The notes: generated by a model not told the origin, from the letters alone. DNA of 64,000 nt from Camelus dromedarius (GCF_036321535.1 NC_087438.1:1428001-1492000), one strand, 5' to 3'; positions 48,801 through 62,185 are shown, counted from the stretch's first letter. Made by a program: numbers and translations.

Positions 48801-51800
48801 AAAGATGTCTAAATACTGTAATTCCCCTACTGCCCTAACAAAGGCTCTATTCAAAGTCCTCACAGCATTGCCATGTTTGCGCTCCCCCCAAAAGTAAACA
48901 TTGCTGCCCAAGCCTGCCGAGGAGCCTTAAGCAAGTCCATTGTTCAGTCAGAACTGGTGACAACAGGTGACAATTAGGGCTTCTTTGCAAAAGCAGAGTA
49001 GTGTTCCACACACACCGCTCCTAGGACTCGGTGATGCACGAGCTGCAAGCAAAGTACCCCACAGGAGGCGGAGAGAACCGAGCGTGTGTCCTGCGCACCC
49101 GCACAGTCCCAGGGCGGATGGGTGCACAGGGCAGCAGGATCAGCCCCATTCGGAACAAGCATCTCTCCACATGCCCCCGGAATCAGGCTGACTGCGTGGA
49201 AGTAAGAGTATGTTGCTCAGACCCGAGGGAAACAGAGGCTCCTGTGTCCACGTGCGTGGTGGGCGTGACTCTGTCCTGCAGGTCCCGTGAGCCCAGGCAC
49301 CCTGATGGGACACGCAGATGCTCCGGACAGCGACTGGTCGTGTTCTGGGTGTCTTTCCGCCGCTTTGGCCACAGCCCTTCTCCCGCCATGAGGACACTCG
49401 GCAGCAGACGCCGCCTGGTGGGGCCTGTCTTCACCAGATGCTCCTTCCCTTTGGGGTGACTCCAGTGTTGCTGGAGTCACATGTGTCCCCCGCTCTCTCC
49501 CTTCGTTTGGAATTCTGAGAGCAGAGAGAGAGATTAACCACCGGCGCCTCCTCTGTGCTCCCATTTTCAGACTCAGCAGGTCAGTAGAGCTGCTTCCACG
49601 GCCTGAGATATGAGCAGCGCAGGTCCCGGGTGAAGCACCCCGGGGCCCAGCGGGGGAGCCCCGGGCCGGGCTGCACGCTGGCTCTAGTTTGCATGCCATT
49701 GATCTCTCTGCCCATTTCAAGCTCATCGCTTGTTTGCAAGATGTGTGCGCTCCTCCCTCTGCTCTGTGAGTGCAGCATCCTTCAGGAGAAGTGAGATTTC
49801 TCAGGCGCAGGCTGCGTCCTGTCCTCGGGCTGCTATTCAGCTCCTGCTGTTATTTCACATTTGAATAAAGCGTCTGCATGGGAACCGGAGTCCAGAGAGC
49901 TTTTGAACCTGAGGCTTGGTTTTTTTTTTTTTTTCATTTTGGAAGAAACTCAAAAGATGTGAAAGCCCCTAATACCAGGAAGCTGTTGGTTCTTATGGAC
50001 AGAGCGATCAGCAGGAACCACCAGGGTGAACCCCCAACCAGATCCCCACAACCAGATGCAGACATGGGCCTGCCCAGCAACTTGACCTTCGACGCACGAT
50101 GGCGGGGCACCCCTGCTTCCTCCTCCCTCCCACGCGGACGGAAGGGGAGTGTTCTGGCCGCCCAGCTCTGGGTCCCTTGTCCCTCTGGGTAGAAATGCAA
50201 TCCCCTGTTTGCTTCTGTGAGGATCTGAACACAAACATTTACCTTCATAACAGAAGCAGAAATAAGTTTCTCCCGTGTGACTGTGCGGCTCTGCCTTCCC
50301 CAGCAGAGACGTTAACTGACCCTCGGCCAAGTGCACACATCCTGCCCGGGGCTGACCCGGGCGCTGTCCAGACGCTTTCATCTCCTCCAAGTCCCTGCCC
50401 CGATCGCATCTCACTTACACGGCGGACCGTGGAGGTGTGTGTAGTGCAGCCAGACCTCCCAGAGCTGGAGAAACAGCACCCCTCACATTCTAATTCCATC
50501 CTGCAGACCCAGAACTCTCTAGCAATGGCCTGGGCTTAATATTTCCACTTTACGGAGAGTCAGACGTTTGCGAATGCAGCCAGTGCCGAGCAGCTCCGCA
50601 TCGGGAGATGCACGTGCCGCTCACGCTAGTGAACTCGCTCAGCACCAGGGAGAAGCGGGGCCGGTTCACACAAGGCCAGGCAGCTGTGAACGCTGTTAAA
50701 CTTGCTGTTTTTATTATGATTCTGTCCCAGGGATGTGCACTGACAGATCCCAATACGGAAACCCCTCCTCCCCAGTCCCCCAAGACAACCAGGGATGAAT
50801 CTGTTCTCTTATAGACAGGAGTTCCCACTGGGCCAGACGCATCTTGGAACGCCGTGGCTGTGAGCGGGCCAGGCCCCAGCCCGTCCTGCTCCCCACCTGT
50901 GAGCAGCTCACACCTGCAGAGAATGGGGACGAGGGGACAGAAGGGCCTGCTAGCTGACTAGGAGCGGCCCCATGAGGCTCTAAGGCAGCTCGCAATGGGT
51001 CAGGAGGCCCTCGTGGAGTCTGAGTGCCACGGCACCAGGTGCCTCCTTCAGCCCTAGCTCCCCTGTCCTCCCCTCCCACGCCTACCAACCTCAAAGCCCC
51101 TGACCAGCCCCCAGCTTCCGGGCAGCGGCTGAGCTCATCACCTGTGTGGGAATCTGAGGGTCACGACAGGACCAGTGTGGCTGCGGGGACAAATGAGACC
51201 TTTGTCCAGACCAGCAGGAGGGACCTTTGGGCAGGGAGGGTTCTGGTCCTTCGGAATCCACTCGTGCAATGAGGCCCTGGCCACTCAGCCCCAGGCAAAC
51301 CTGTCCTGCATTCAGTCCCAAAGGAACATTCCAGGGACTCAACTCAGCAGGGGAACTCCCCACCCTCCCTCCCACACCTCAGTCCTCCCGCTGGAATGTG
51401 GTGAAGTTCTCCCAAAGGCCCTGGGTCAGAATGTGGCCACACGACTTCCAAGAGTCCACACTTTGCGTTTAGATTCAAAAGGCTGAGATGCCCCTTTAAA
51501 CGTCTTTCTGAATCATCGAGAATGAACTTTTTTCTCTTTTCCACCAGAGGGAATGCTGGTATGGGGTCACCATCATTCCTTCTGCTGCTTCGGCCCCTGA
51601 GTTAAAACAATGTTGTGATATTTAAGATGAAAAGACAGGAGGGCCTGTGGAAAAGAAATCGATCTCCCTGCACATTGAGGATGTGGTGTCAGTATGAGTT
51701 AAGTTTCTCATTTCCGCCCAAAGGGTTTCTGATCCTGGCTTTCCAGGCAAGACTTTCATGCAGCTTTTGACTTTTGAGAGGAGTTTCGAGTCACACCTGA

Positions 51801-52566
51801 AGCAAAGCTGAGTGCCTGACTGCCTTTAACCTCGGCAAGGCCTCCCGGGTGGGGCTCCACGGTGAGCCACCTCTGCTGTCGCTAACTTCCCCCTTGAATG
51901 TGCTCTCCGACAAAATGCTGATGCTACCTGAGCGGCTGATGGCTCTCCGGCTGGATCAGACTTGAAAACTGTAATTTGAAAAAGGGGGACCTCTGCTTCA
52001 CGGAGGCCCAGGCTGCCTCCTTTTCCTTTTCAAAAGCAGTTGTCAGAGGGCTTCTTTTAAACTGACGCTGACGCTCTTGGTCCAGGGATTTGAAATCCTG
52101 TCAAATACTAAAGGCCCATCTTTATCTTTAAAATATACTTTTAAATTCAGTACTCTGCGAGCGTTTTAGTCCCTGGATGTTTTTAAGCGACATTAAACAG
52201 CGAGTGAATTAGACCCAGCAGGAATCACTAAATGGAAATGTATGTTTTAAAAATAATTGATTCAGGTGGGTACGCTGAGCTGGGAGCCCGCGGGAAGAGC
52301 GTGGCCGGGGTCCCAGCTCAGGCCGCCCTGCGGAACCACGAGGGGCCACTTAACTCCCGCCAGCAGGGACCCCGCCGGGAGCGGCTCAGGAGAGGCGCCG
52401 CCCTGGACGCAGTCACGGTGCATGAATTGACCCACAATCGGGCAACGATGGAGAGGCCGGTAGGAACCAGAACGAGCATGCAAAACTGAAGCCAATAGCG
52501 GGGCTCTCAACAGGGCGTGTGGGAATAAAGTGAGAAAAAGTGAATTCTCCAATTAAAATGTGAACA

Positions 52567-52738
52567 ACCTGTAAAGCACAGGGGATTATAGTCTATTTCC
52601 TGTAAAAACATATAATGGAAAAGAATCTGAAAAGAAAAAATACATATATGTATGCATATGTATAACTGAATCACTTGGCTGTGCATGGAAAACTAAATCA
52701 ACTACACTTCAATAAAAAATAAAAAAAATACAACCAAA
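52567..52738 (+). mobile_element. 5'-truncated young L1 3' end with TSD
   Basis: GCACAGGGGATTATAG...ATAACTGAATCACTT...AAATCAACTACACTTCAATAAAAAA; flanked by AAAATGTGAACA (52555-52566) and AAAATGTGAATA (52739-52750) at a TT/AAAA site. Confidence 0.9.
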
Positions 52739-52904
52739 AAAATGTGAATACCACAATTGTTTTGTTTTCTTTTATTATAATTGAGAGCCTTGACAACTGT
52801 CCTTGCCTCCTGCGGTGACAGGCTCCTTCACAAACTGCGTGATCCCCACCCCCTGTCCTCCGGTTCACCCCCCTCCAACCAGGCGCCAACCCAGCCCAGC
52901 CCTA

Positions 52905-53070
52905 GCCACACCCACAGACCTGGCCCCGCCCCACCCCGCCCACAGACCTGGCCACGCCCACAGACCTGGCCCCGCCCACAGACCTGGCCCCGCCCCGCCC
53001 CGGCCACAGACCTGGCCCCGCCCACAGGCCTGGCCCCACCCACAGACCTGGCCCCGCCCCACCCCGCCCC
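52905..53070. repeat. GC-rich minisatellite, ~18 bp unit CACAGACCTGGCCCCGCC (about 7 copies, some with extra CCCGC)
   Basis: Repeated CCACAGACCTGGCCCCGCC read directly. Confidence 0.95.
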
Positions 53071-53818
53071 TCTCCAGGTCCCTCTGGCTGCTCTTCCCTC
53101 CTCTGTGGCCAGGCCTATGGCCCGTGCCTCTGGCCCACGTATGAATGCCCTTCTCCTGCTGCTTCTCCACCTCAGACATTCTTGGCAGCCGTGGTCTATG
53201 AGTATTTTGCTGGGGTAGGGGATGCTGTAGGAATCCCAAAGCTCTGTGCACCTGAGTGAAGACCCTTGGTTCCTGGTCTTTTCCGTGGAAGCTTCATGAA
53301 GAGCCCAGGAGGCCAGGCTCCTACAGCTGTCCGAGGGGAACTGGGCAGGAGGCGTGCCCGAGCCGCGGGTGGGGGCGGGGGCGGGGCCGGGGGCGGGGCT
53401 CACCGCTGCGGTGCAGGGGAGGCCGCTCTCGCCCGCTCTCCTGGACCCGGGAGCGGCCTTCCCAGAGCCGCTCCCGGGCCCCATCTCGTGGCAGGCCACT
53501 AGCCGTCCTGGATCTGTTGTATTTCTGGGGAGATTTGGGGTCCACATTTTCCCGGTTCCACTTGTCCGCGGAGCACAGTGAGCTGGGATCACCAGACAGC
53601 CTGCGCTCTCCGTGAGCGGGTGATGCTGGTGCGGGTCCTCCCCACATGTGGCGTGGGCTGTGGTGGGCACAGCTCCTGGACAGCCAGGGGTTAAGGACAT
53701 TACAGCACTGCAGGACAGGGACAGGCAAAGGGCCACACCCACGGCACTATCTGGTCAGGGGGCTGGAGCTCAGGGCTGGGAGAAAGACAGAGTCAGTGCA
53801 TAAGGGGAGGGAGGAAGG

Positions 53819-53970
53819 CACCGGTTCTCAACCAGGGGACGCCTGGCACTGGAGATGCTTTTGGTGTCAGACCGGTGAACGCTGCTGCATCTGGTGGGTA
53901 GCAGCCACCAAATGTCCTGCAATGCTGAGGCCAACCATCCTGGCCAACAAGTCAGTGGAGCCAGGCCGAG
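53819..53970 (+). mobile_element. MER20-like hAT-Charlie element (internally deleted)
   Basis: GGTTCTCAACCAGGGGAC...CTGGAGATGCTTTTGGTGTCA...GCATCTGGTGGGTAG...AAATGTCCTGCAATGC. Confidence 0.75.
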
Positions 53971-56334
53971 TCCAGCTGGGCTAGCAGTTGGGGCAACAGC
54001 CCTGGACCACACCAAGATCTGGGTTTTACTTCTCCCTGGTTTACGGGACCCTGGAAGAATCACCCAGCCTCCGGGAGCTTCCATTTCCTCCCCCCACAAA
54101 ATAGCCAGTTATAGGAGCCCACACCTGGGAGAGCTGTGGCGGGGAGTAAACGCAATATTGGAGGTAAAAACAGCAGCTCGGGCCTGAGGGCCGTGAGCAG
54201 TATATGTCGTCACCATCCACTGAAGCTTGTTTCCCCAAATACACATGAGATACATTCCAAGCCTGCTGAGCGCCTTGTTTAGCATCTACAAAAAAATAAA
54301 TAAAAGACTTTCAAAAGATCTTTCAGTTGCATCTGGAACGTGTCCTATAACCAACTGAATAAATAAACAAATGCCCCAAATAGAAAATAAACAAACGCTC
54401 TCTTGCCAACAATGGGTTCATGTTAACAAAAAACAAGCAAAGAAACCTGTTGGTAGATAAATGGTTTGTATGTTTTCATGTGAAGTTTGTTCTTCTTTGG
54501 AAAATGTGGCTTTGAAATGAGACGTGGTAGGTGTGGGCTCGGGACCTGGGGGAGAAGCGGTGGGGGCTTTGTCAGGGGGACCCAGGTGGTCTGGCAGGGC
54601 CTCTGAGGTCAAAGGAGATGAGACCAGGAGAACACGCCCCCAGATCGGCTGTTTTCACAGTCTAATTACTCTAGGGAAAGTCAGACCCTGTGAGCACAAA
54701 CATATCTGCAGAGAGGTCCAGCCGCGTAGGATCTTCATCCTCCTTCTACTAAACAATGCAATATTCTGTTCTAGTTGTCAGTGAAATGCGTCTTTCTTCC
54801 TTGATCACGGTTTCATCCTTTGTGCCGGTTGCTTTGCCAAAGGGAACGCCACCCACACAACATATTTTTGCAACATTACTTTTACTCTGGTGGTAATTCA
54901 ATTAATGAGAAAGATTGGAATCTGGTGAAATCACATACTTTGCTAGCACAGACTTGTCATCACTGTCTGATGGGAAAGAACAGCCACAGAATCTTTAACT
55001 AAAATTGCAGGTAAGAATAGCATTGCCTGCATCGGTGGCAGCCGCCCTGTGACAGTCAGGAACACCTAACCCAGAAGGTGTAAAAATCACAGAGGCCCTT
55101 CGCATTTCTGTCCCTAACCCCCTGGATCACACTGTACCTTTTCTTCACTACGAACTTTAGTCCTTGGAGAGTTCTACGTCATGGAATAAGTAACATACTC
55201 TCAGATAACCTGTTTTTTTTTTAATTTCTCATATATGTTTGAAATTTTTAACATAAAGCCCCTGGTAAAATGCCACTCCCATATAAACACATTAATGGGA
55301 TCTTTCCATAAACAGCTTCAGAAAATGGAAAGAATGTCTTTGAACACGTTCAAAGAGACATTCCGTCTTCGTGTGGAGATGAACTTGGCACAAGAAAGGT
55401 GCACAATAAACAGAAACAGACATTCATCAAGCCTTTCGCCGAGAAGATTTTTATCTCCGGATCACAGTTCCGTGTGGCCCCTGCAACTATTTTCAGTCCC
55501 TGGAAATAGCTTCTGGGAGAAACCAGGATTTATTTTTCCAGGAGCAAAAGCACACCTTTCCGACGCGCCTGCATCAGCCAAAGCTTCTCTTTGTCCAAAC
55601 CCAGCAGCCGACGGCCAGCTCTGTTTCATTCTGCTGAGTGGAAAATCTTCTTTGAAAATCTTTAAAAATGCTGAACAAACAAATGGAAATCTAAATTAAC
55701 TCACCGAGGTGTGATTTCTGCTCCCCAACAGCAGACAGGAAGGGTCAGGAGTTGCGTCTGTTGACAACAACTGTTGGCATCGTACTGTCCCAAAGGACAA
55801 AGCCTTGGGCAGAAAGTGCCCAGAAGGGGTCTCGGGGAGTTAGGCACCCGCAACAGAAACTCTCCGACAAGTCCACCTGGGGGGCAGGTACTTCCTCACA
55901 AAGGCTCAGAGCGCTGCCCTCACCTCTGCTGGGTGTCCCTGACTCTCCTCATTTACAAAGTTCCCACAGTCCCAACATGCAGGTTTGATTGCGATGTCTT
56001 CATTTTTGCTGGTGAGTTTGCTGTGCTTCGGCACGCAGCCCACCTGAGGAGGTTGAAATGTTTCCCTGGATCAGATTATTTGACTGAATAATCAGATTCC
56101 GATGATTTTACTTTGATTTTTACAGCTTCCAGGTGACTGGAGACTGAGGAGACGTGACGTGTCCAGGGAGCCGTGTCAAAGCGCAGCGCAGCCTCCCGGA
56201 GCCCTGCTCCCCTCGGAGGACGGACTGCGACCCGCATGTCTGAGACGCCATGATGCCAGGCTGCAGGGTCCCACTTAGGGGTCGCCTGCTGTGACTCACA
56301 GCCTGCGAAGAGAGCAGAGATGCGCAGAGGATTT

Positions 56335-56745
56335 ACGCACATGTCCGCACGCCATGGCGCAGTTCATAACGGCAGCACGTGGGAGAGCTGAGAAGCCGAC
56401 CTGTAGAGACAGGATCAGTGTGTCCGCGTGTCCATACAGTAAACCCCCACATGATGGCAGGCAAAATACCTCATACTATGAACATTCAAATAATAGAATT
56501 TTTTAAGAAATGAATATTCAAATAACAGAAGTTTTTTAAAAAGCAACCACTTAACGGTTCTAAACTTAAAAGAGGAAAACAAAAATATCTACATACACAT
56601 TAAGAAAGGTCTGTGGATAAAGCTACCCCGAAGTGTTTAAAATAGACCTAGGAAGTAAGATTACAGGTTATTATTTTTTCTTTTTTTACTATATATTTTA
56701 CTATTTTCTAAATTGCTGATTTCATAATCAGAACATTTAAAATCA
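56335..56745 (+). mobile_element. Ancient L1ME-like 3' end
   Basis: AAGGTCTGTGGATAAAG...AAGATTACAGGTTATTATTTTTTC...TATTTTCTAAATT...TTTCATAATCAGAA terminal pattern. Confidence 0.55.
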
Positions 56746-57519
56746 TATATTCATGTAAAATTTATGGCCAGGAACAATGTTCCCCATAGTTGTGAATGGG
56801 AAAAGGGCATATGTCCACTGGACCATTTCTTATAATAATGAGAGAAAGTGGAACCAGCTAAAAGTCCGGAAGTCTGACGCGCAGGCTGGACTTGTACAGG
56901 AGCTGCAGCGTGGACACCAGAGTGGTTCTGAAGGACACCCGTGACCTGGGAAGCTACGGGCGCCGGTCTGCCGTCCCGTGGCCCCTGACTTACTGCCGCT
57001 TCTTGGGATGAGCGACTAACTGGGAATCCCAGGATCGGCTCGTTCTGATGCCTGGTTTGGGGACTGTAAAAGCTCGAAGCGAAGCTTCGGGTGAGAACAG
57101 AAATCCCCAGGAGCGGTCTGACGGCGGTGAAGGGGGCCCGGATGACCCCAGTGTCTGTCATTCTGTTAGTAAAAGACTGAAGCAGAGCGGTCTCCAGCCT
57201 CCCGTGGGGAGAATCCGCCGGGCATGGCCTGAACGTTAGGGAGGAGGGAGAACTCTGCCGGGGCGTGGGGAGGTGTCCCCGTCCCACCGCCAGCCACGAG
57301 GGTTCCCCCGAACATGAATCTGCCCCAACCACGGGGCTGCAGCCCCGCCTAAGGGAACGCTGGCCCGGCATGGACGCCCGGGGAGCCGTGATTTCCCCAT
57401 ATGAGCATCGCAGGACCTGCGCGCGGGAAGCCACGCATTTCTCGCTCTGATGGAAGGATCCGCTGTGTTCTCTAAACGTAGCACGGTGACCGTAGAAGCG
57501 ATGGCTGTTTCCTGGCGCT

Positions 57520-57770
57520 GTGTGTTCTTAATGTGCTGGTAGGTAAAACATCCCTGCCTTAAAAGGGATAATTGTATTTGTCATAAATTCCTTTGGGAAT
57601 AATTTTGCTTTCAACTCGGGGCGGGAGGGAGTCTTTGATTCGCGACATGAAGGATTACACGAAGGTGGAAGGGCAGGGGCCGCACCTGACAGGTGCGCTT
57701 CTGATCCAATGCCAGGTGACTTACTAACACTAACCTGGGGCACATTTACATTTGAAAACCAAGCCTGACA
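57520..57770. promoter_or_regulatory. Candidate enhancer (homeodomain/TCF/E-box/MEIS motif cluster)
   Basis: GATAATTG, GTCATAAA, CTTTGAT and the palindrome CGCACCTG-A-CAGGTGCG within ~130 bp. Confidence 0.4.
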
Positions 57771-58731
57771 TCCAGAGACATCGAAGTGTCTGATGCAGCT
57801 GAAGGCTTTGTATTTGGAAACGCAGTTGAAATGCGGGCGTTGGGACGATCACTGGTGAATCCAGCGGGGCCGAGCCCAGCCTGGAGATGGAGAGGAGGCC
57901 ACCGGACCGCCCTCTTCGGTGTGCGCGGAGATGCCCCAGCCAGCACGCTGGGAGGTGCTGGCACCTCGGCTTCCCCGCCGGCTCTGTGGTCAGTGCCGGA
58001 CGCACAGGGCCACCTTCTGACGGAAAGTACTCCGCTGGGTTAACGTGTGGACATCCTCTGCTCCACAGCGCCCACAGGAGGGGCTTTGCCCCACAGAGGG
58101 ACACAGACACCCATTCCTGGGGTGGTGGGGGGGGGAGGAGCGAGGGAGGGCGGAAGCGAGAGGTTTTGTTTACTGGGCAGTGTCTGTCACGTGGAAATTA
58201 AAACTGAAAATAAAAACCACAGAGGACATGGAAAGGAGTGTTTAAAAAATGTCTGGGTTTCTGTTGAACTGAAGTTCTCATGTGAACCAGGCTTGAAATG
58301 AGAGTGTCCCCCGGTCCTCACACGGCGATGGCCCACCGGTCTCCACGTTTCTCAGCGTCATTACTCACACTGTCCCTGTCCCACGGCGGAGGAGGGACGC
58401 CGGCCCCGTGTGGTCTGCGCAGACCCCGGCGGGGAACCCGACCTTCGGGGACAGACCCCTCCCCTCCTTGGGGCCCGAGGGGGAGCCCCGAGGTCCCCGA
58501 CCTGCAGCCCCCGCACCCTCCGGCTGCAGGCACCCTGGGCCCCTGGGCTGCCTCCCGGAGCAGCTCTGCCCCATCTCTGACGCCAGCGACAACTGTTCCT
58601 TGTTTTGGTTTTCAGGTCTGTTTTGGGGTAAGAACTGATTCCTTTTGTTTCCTGAAACCTCTGGCTGGAATGAAAGCTGGAGGTTTTTCTAGGGGAGACC
58701 CTTTCATTTGTGAAGGAATTTCTTTTCTGTT

Positions 58732-59047
58732 TGCTGTAGACGGAGTGTCGAGTCCTAACCCTCAGGGTGGAGGTGGGGCCTCGGGCGGGAGGCGGTCATG
58801 AGGGTGGAGCCCCCATGGTAGGGTCAGGGCCCTGATAACAGACCCCAGAGGGTCCCTTGCCCCTTCCTCCACATAAGGACACGGGGAAGGCGTGTCTGTG
58901 ACCCAAAGGAGGCCCTCCCCGGACACAGAAACTGCGGGCGCCTGGATCGTGGACCTCTGGTCAGGCTTCCAGACTGGGAGGAAGAATATCTGTTGTTTGA
59001 GCCCCATCTGTGGCCTTCGGTTATCGGAGCCCCAGTGGCTAAGGCGC
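58732..59047 (+). mobile_element. MaLR LTR (MLT1A0-like)
   Basis: GAGGTGGGGCC...GGTCATGAGGGTGGAGCCCCCATGG...GACCCCAGAG...CCCTTGCCCCTTCC...AGGACAC...CTTCCAGACT...CTGTTGTTTGAGCC. Confidence 0.9.
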
Positions 59048-61884
59048 TGGTCATGACACCCCTCATTCCACAAACAGCTGTCTCAGGCCTGCAGTCCCGC
59101 ACCCACAGGCCCAGCTCCTGCCTGAGGGTCCATGGACACCCTGCTGGGAGAAGGAAAGACTCTCGGCCCCTCCTCGGGGTTCCCCGTGGGCCTCTGGCAC
59201 CAGTCCCTGCTGAGCTGGCGGAAACAGGCTGGAAGCATGTAGTGTCCCTGAGGTCACTCAACCCCTATCCCCCTGCCCATGTGAGCATCCACTGAGGCTC
59301 TCAGAGAAGAAACAAAGTAGGACCTGAACTGTCAGCTCTGAGTCAGCGAGGGATCGACCCCCTCACCATCACCAGGGTCTCTGTGAGACAGGACCACGTG
59401 TCCCCCATGGCCACACTCAGAGGTGAAGGGTCAGGGCAGGTGGCACTGCCCTCTCCCAGGTCAGGGAAGACTGTTCCCTGTGAGAGAGAGACAGAGAGGA
59501 GGACCTGCACCCCACCCCCACGCTCTTCGGGTGCTGATGGGCCAGTCCTCCTGGCAGCTGACCACCGTCTCAGGAGTGGACGCCCCATCTCTGCAGCCGG
59601 CCTGGGTTCTCTGTCCTTCTGGATGACCACACTCACCTCCCTGCCTGAGTGCTTTGGATTTCAGGGAATTTGGGCCACCCAGCCTTCCAGGCTGTGGAAG
59701 ATTCAGCCGGCCACTCCCCACCATGAGATGGGCTGTCCTCTAGTCTGTCAGTCAAGGATTTGTAATCATCAAGTTTGAAAAGTGGGGCTTTCTCAGTAAG
59801 CCACGTGGCTGGGGCCCAGGTGATGCCTTCGTGGGGACATGGGCGCCCTGTCCTGGAGCAGAGGCTACCCCCCACCCGCTCAGGTGTGTGTGATGCTCGG
59901 TGGGCACCCTGTCCCGAGAGAGCGGACGGAGCCCTCAAACAGGGCTCACATCCCCCGCATCCCAGCTCAGTGCAGCGGGGCGTCACGCTTTGTCCGGCTA
60001 AACATCTTCTTCAAGTCTCATTACACAGCAAAGGGCCATGCTTTTCATTTCTAAGGTATGATTAAACTCACATTTGTTCTTGATTGAGGTTTGGAATCTT
60101 TTATTTCAGGGGAAAAAAAAGACAGACTTCAGAAGGGAGCGGGCGAGGGCTGTGACGCTTGGTGAGACCATTAAATTTAATCCTTCCTTCACATTCACTC
60201 CAGGGGGGATTTCAATTAAATTTGTTCAAAATTTATCAGTTTCCTGCATGTCGGCATAAATGATTCAGGACCACTTACACTCACAGAGTAGAGTGTATGG
60301 AAGGGCACACATTATTGTTATAACTTTTCACAGTTTCTTCATAAATTCACCTAAGAGGAGTTTCTATTATTTAAAACCCTCGTCCTCCACATTAAATGGT
60401 CTTGTTGTTCTTGCTGCGATGGAATCTAATTACCTATGCAAATTTTTGGAGCACTCCTGAGTTGCAAAAGCTGCCCTTTTCCCCAGCGGGATGTGAATGC
60501 AGCATTCATCCTGCAGAGAAAGAAACAGGAAAAGGCATCTCCAGACACGCCAGCACTGGGGGGCAGTGAGGGAGCGCTGTCAGGGAGCTGCAGTGGCGGG
60601 TTCAGACAGCAGCGAGGAATCAGTGTATTTGGGAGTGGGGTCCTAGGATGCTGTACCAGGCTGACTTTGTGTAACACCAAGAGGATATACCTCTCTCCGT
60701 GGAGAGTGGGAACAGTCCAGAGAGCATCCCCTCGGTTGCACTAGGTACTTGGTGGCCACCAAGGCTGCCATGAACCTCTACGCTCATCTGTCTGAACAAT
60801 TCCCTGGACACTTTTACAACCCCCAGAATTTATCTAGAGAAATCCACTCGGCAAGGATGTGCTAACATAAAATCTCTGACTATTGGCCACATGGGAAGAG
60901 TTTTGCTTCCTTTTTCCCTTGAAGGATGACACCAGTGAGAAGCCTGGGCATCTTAGATGTTCTCTGCTTCCTGAACTAAAGGACAACGTTCACATGAAAA
61001 TGAGCATCTCATGGCACAACGGAAGTATCAGTCGTATTCCTCGTCAGCTAGAGACCAGATTTCACAGGAGGAATTGAACTGACCTCAAGTTAATAACTAG
61101 GAGTTGTAAGAGAACTGAGATGGTTTTAGCTAGTTCTTCCCCTTTCAGAATGTTGCCCCTTAAGGATTATTCACCCTGAAGGATGTATACGAAGAGTGTA
61201 CATCTTTGCCTCCATGGAAATAAAACTGAGAGCTGGTTGTTGGAAAACTATGGATAGACTTTTTAAGTTCTAGCCTTCACTTGGTAGACAGAGGTGGGGT
61301 CATTCTAGCTTTCTTCCATCTAATCCATTGCTATGGAATAACTTTTTGAAAACCGAGTCTAGCAAAATCAGGTGTTTTCCTGAATTTGGGATCCAATCAC
61401 TAGCATCTCCCTTGTGAGGTCCAGCAAAGCATCTCATAACAGAAACGCCTTACTGAACTTACTCTGATCTCTTGTTTCCTCTGGGACCGGGATTCCATTC
61501 CTCCCTCCATCTGACTGCCAATTTCTGAGGGAAAATACATCTTAATTCCTTCTCCGTTTTTCTCCCTCAGAGTCAAAGTGGCTTTCCAAGATGCACAGCG
61601 GTAAGAATCTCTGATTTCCTTTTGGGGACCAGATTTTCCCAGATCCTGAGCTCGCATTGCCCTTGGAAATGTGAATGTTAAGGACCTCAGTCACACCAGT
61701 GGAGGGTCCAAAGTGTTCAGATGCCACAGCCTGAAGGTCATGATGTGGGGTGGATTTCTCTCCAGTCACTGAATCTCCTTTGCTGTAATTTTTCAATGAG
61801 GAATCATCGAACTTTCGCCAGGAATTTTTTTTAGCACATTATAGAACTCTCCCATGAATTACAGAAATGTTATAATTCCTGAAC

Positions 61885-61960
61885 TTTGCCAACAAAACAC
61901 CAGTGGTGATCCCAGTCATTGTGACAACAAAAGTGATCCCACATACTTCAGATACTTAGT
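61885..61960 (-). mobile_element. MER20/MER20B-like fragment
   Basis: CCCAGTCATTGTGACAACAAAAG...CCCACATACTTC. Confidence 0.4.
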
Positions 61961-61969
61961 ACCGGAAAG

Positions 61970-62185
61970 AACCACTGAAAACAAACAAACAAATCATTGA
62001 AGGAGCCAGAAAGAAAGGTCATACCAACTTCAAAACTAGAAACCTAAGACAACGAGAGTGACGGCTGACTTCTCGATGGAAACAATGGAAGCTAGAATAG
62101 AATATATGACATATTTTAAATGTTTAAGAAAAGTGACTGCCAAAAAAGAATTCTATGCTATGTGCCTTAACCTTCAAAGGTCATG
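61970..62185 (+). mobile_element. Old L1 ORF1 fragment
   Basis: GACGGCTGACTTCTCGATGGAAACAATGGAAGCTAGAA...ATATTTTAAATG...AGAATTCTAT matches the L1 ORF1 ADFSxETMEAR region. Confidence 0.7.

Noticed and set aside
50637..50660. REST/NRSF-like site CTCAGCACCAGGGAGAAG (also ~12112)
   Set aside because: Only the left half-site matches; the right half GGACAG is not intact.
52905..53070. CRISPR-like array
   Set aside because: The units are directly tandem with no unique spacers, there are no cas genes, and the context is mammalian.
52781..53742. 304-aa and neighbouring ORFs with PQTWPR/GRGQVC repeats
   Set aside because: They result from the GC-rich minisatellite and low stop-codon frequency; no recognisable domain.
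56478..56542. ~32-bp tandem duplication (GAA.ATTCAAATAA.AGAA.TTTTT)
   Set aside because: A small local duplication inside an old L1 remnant with no sign of function.
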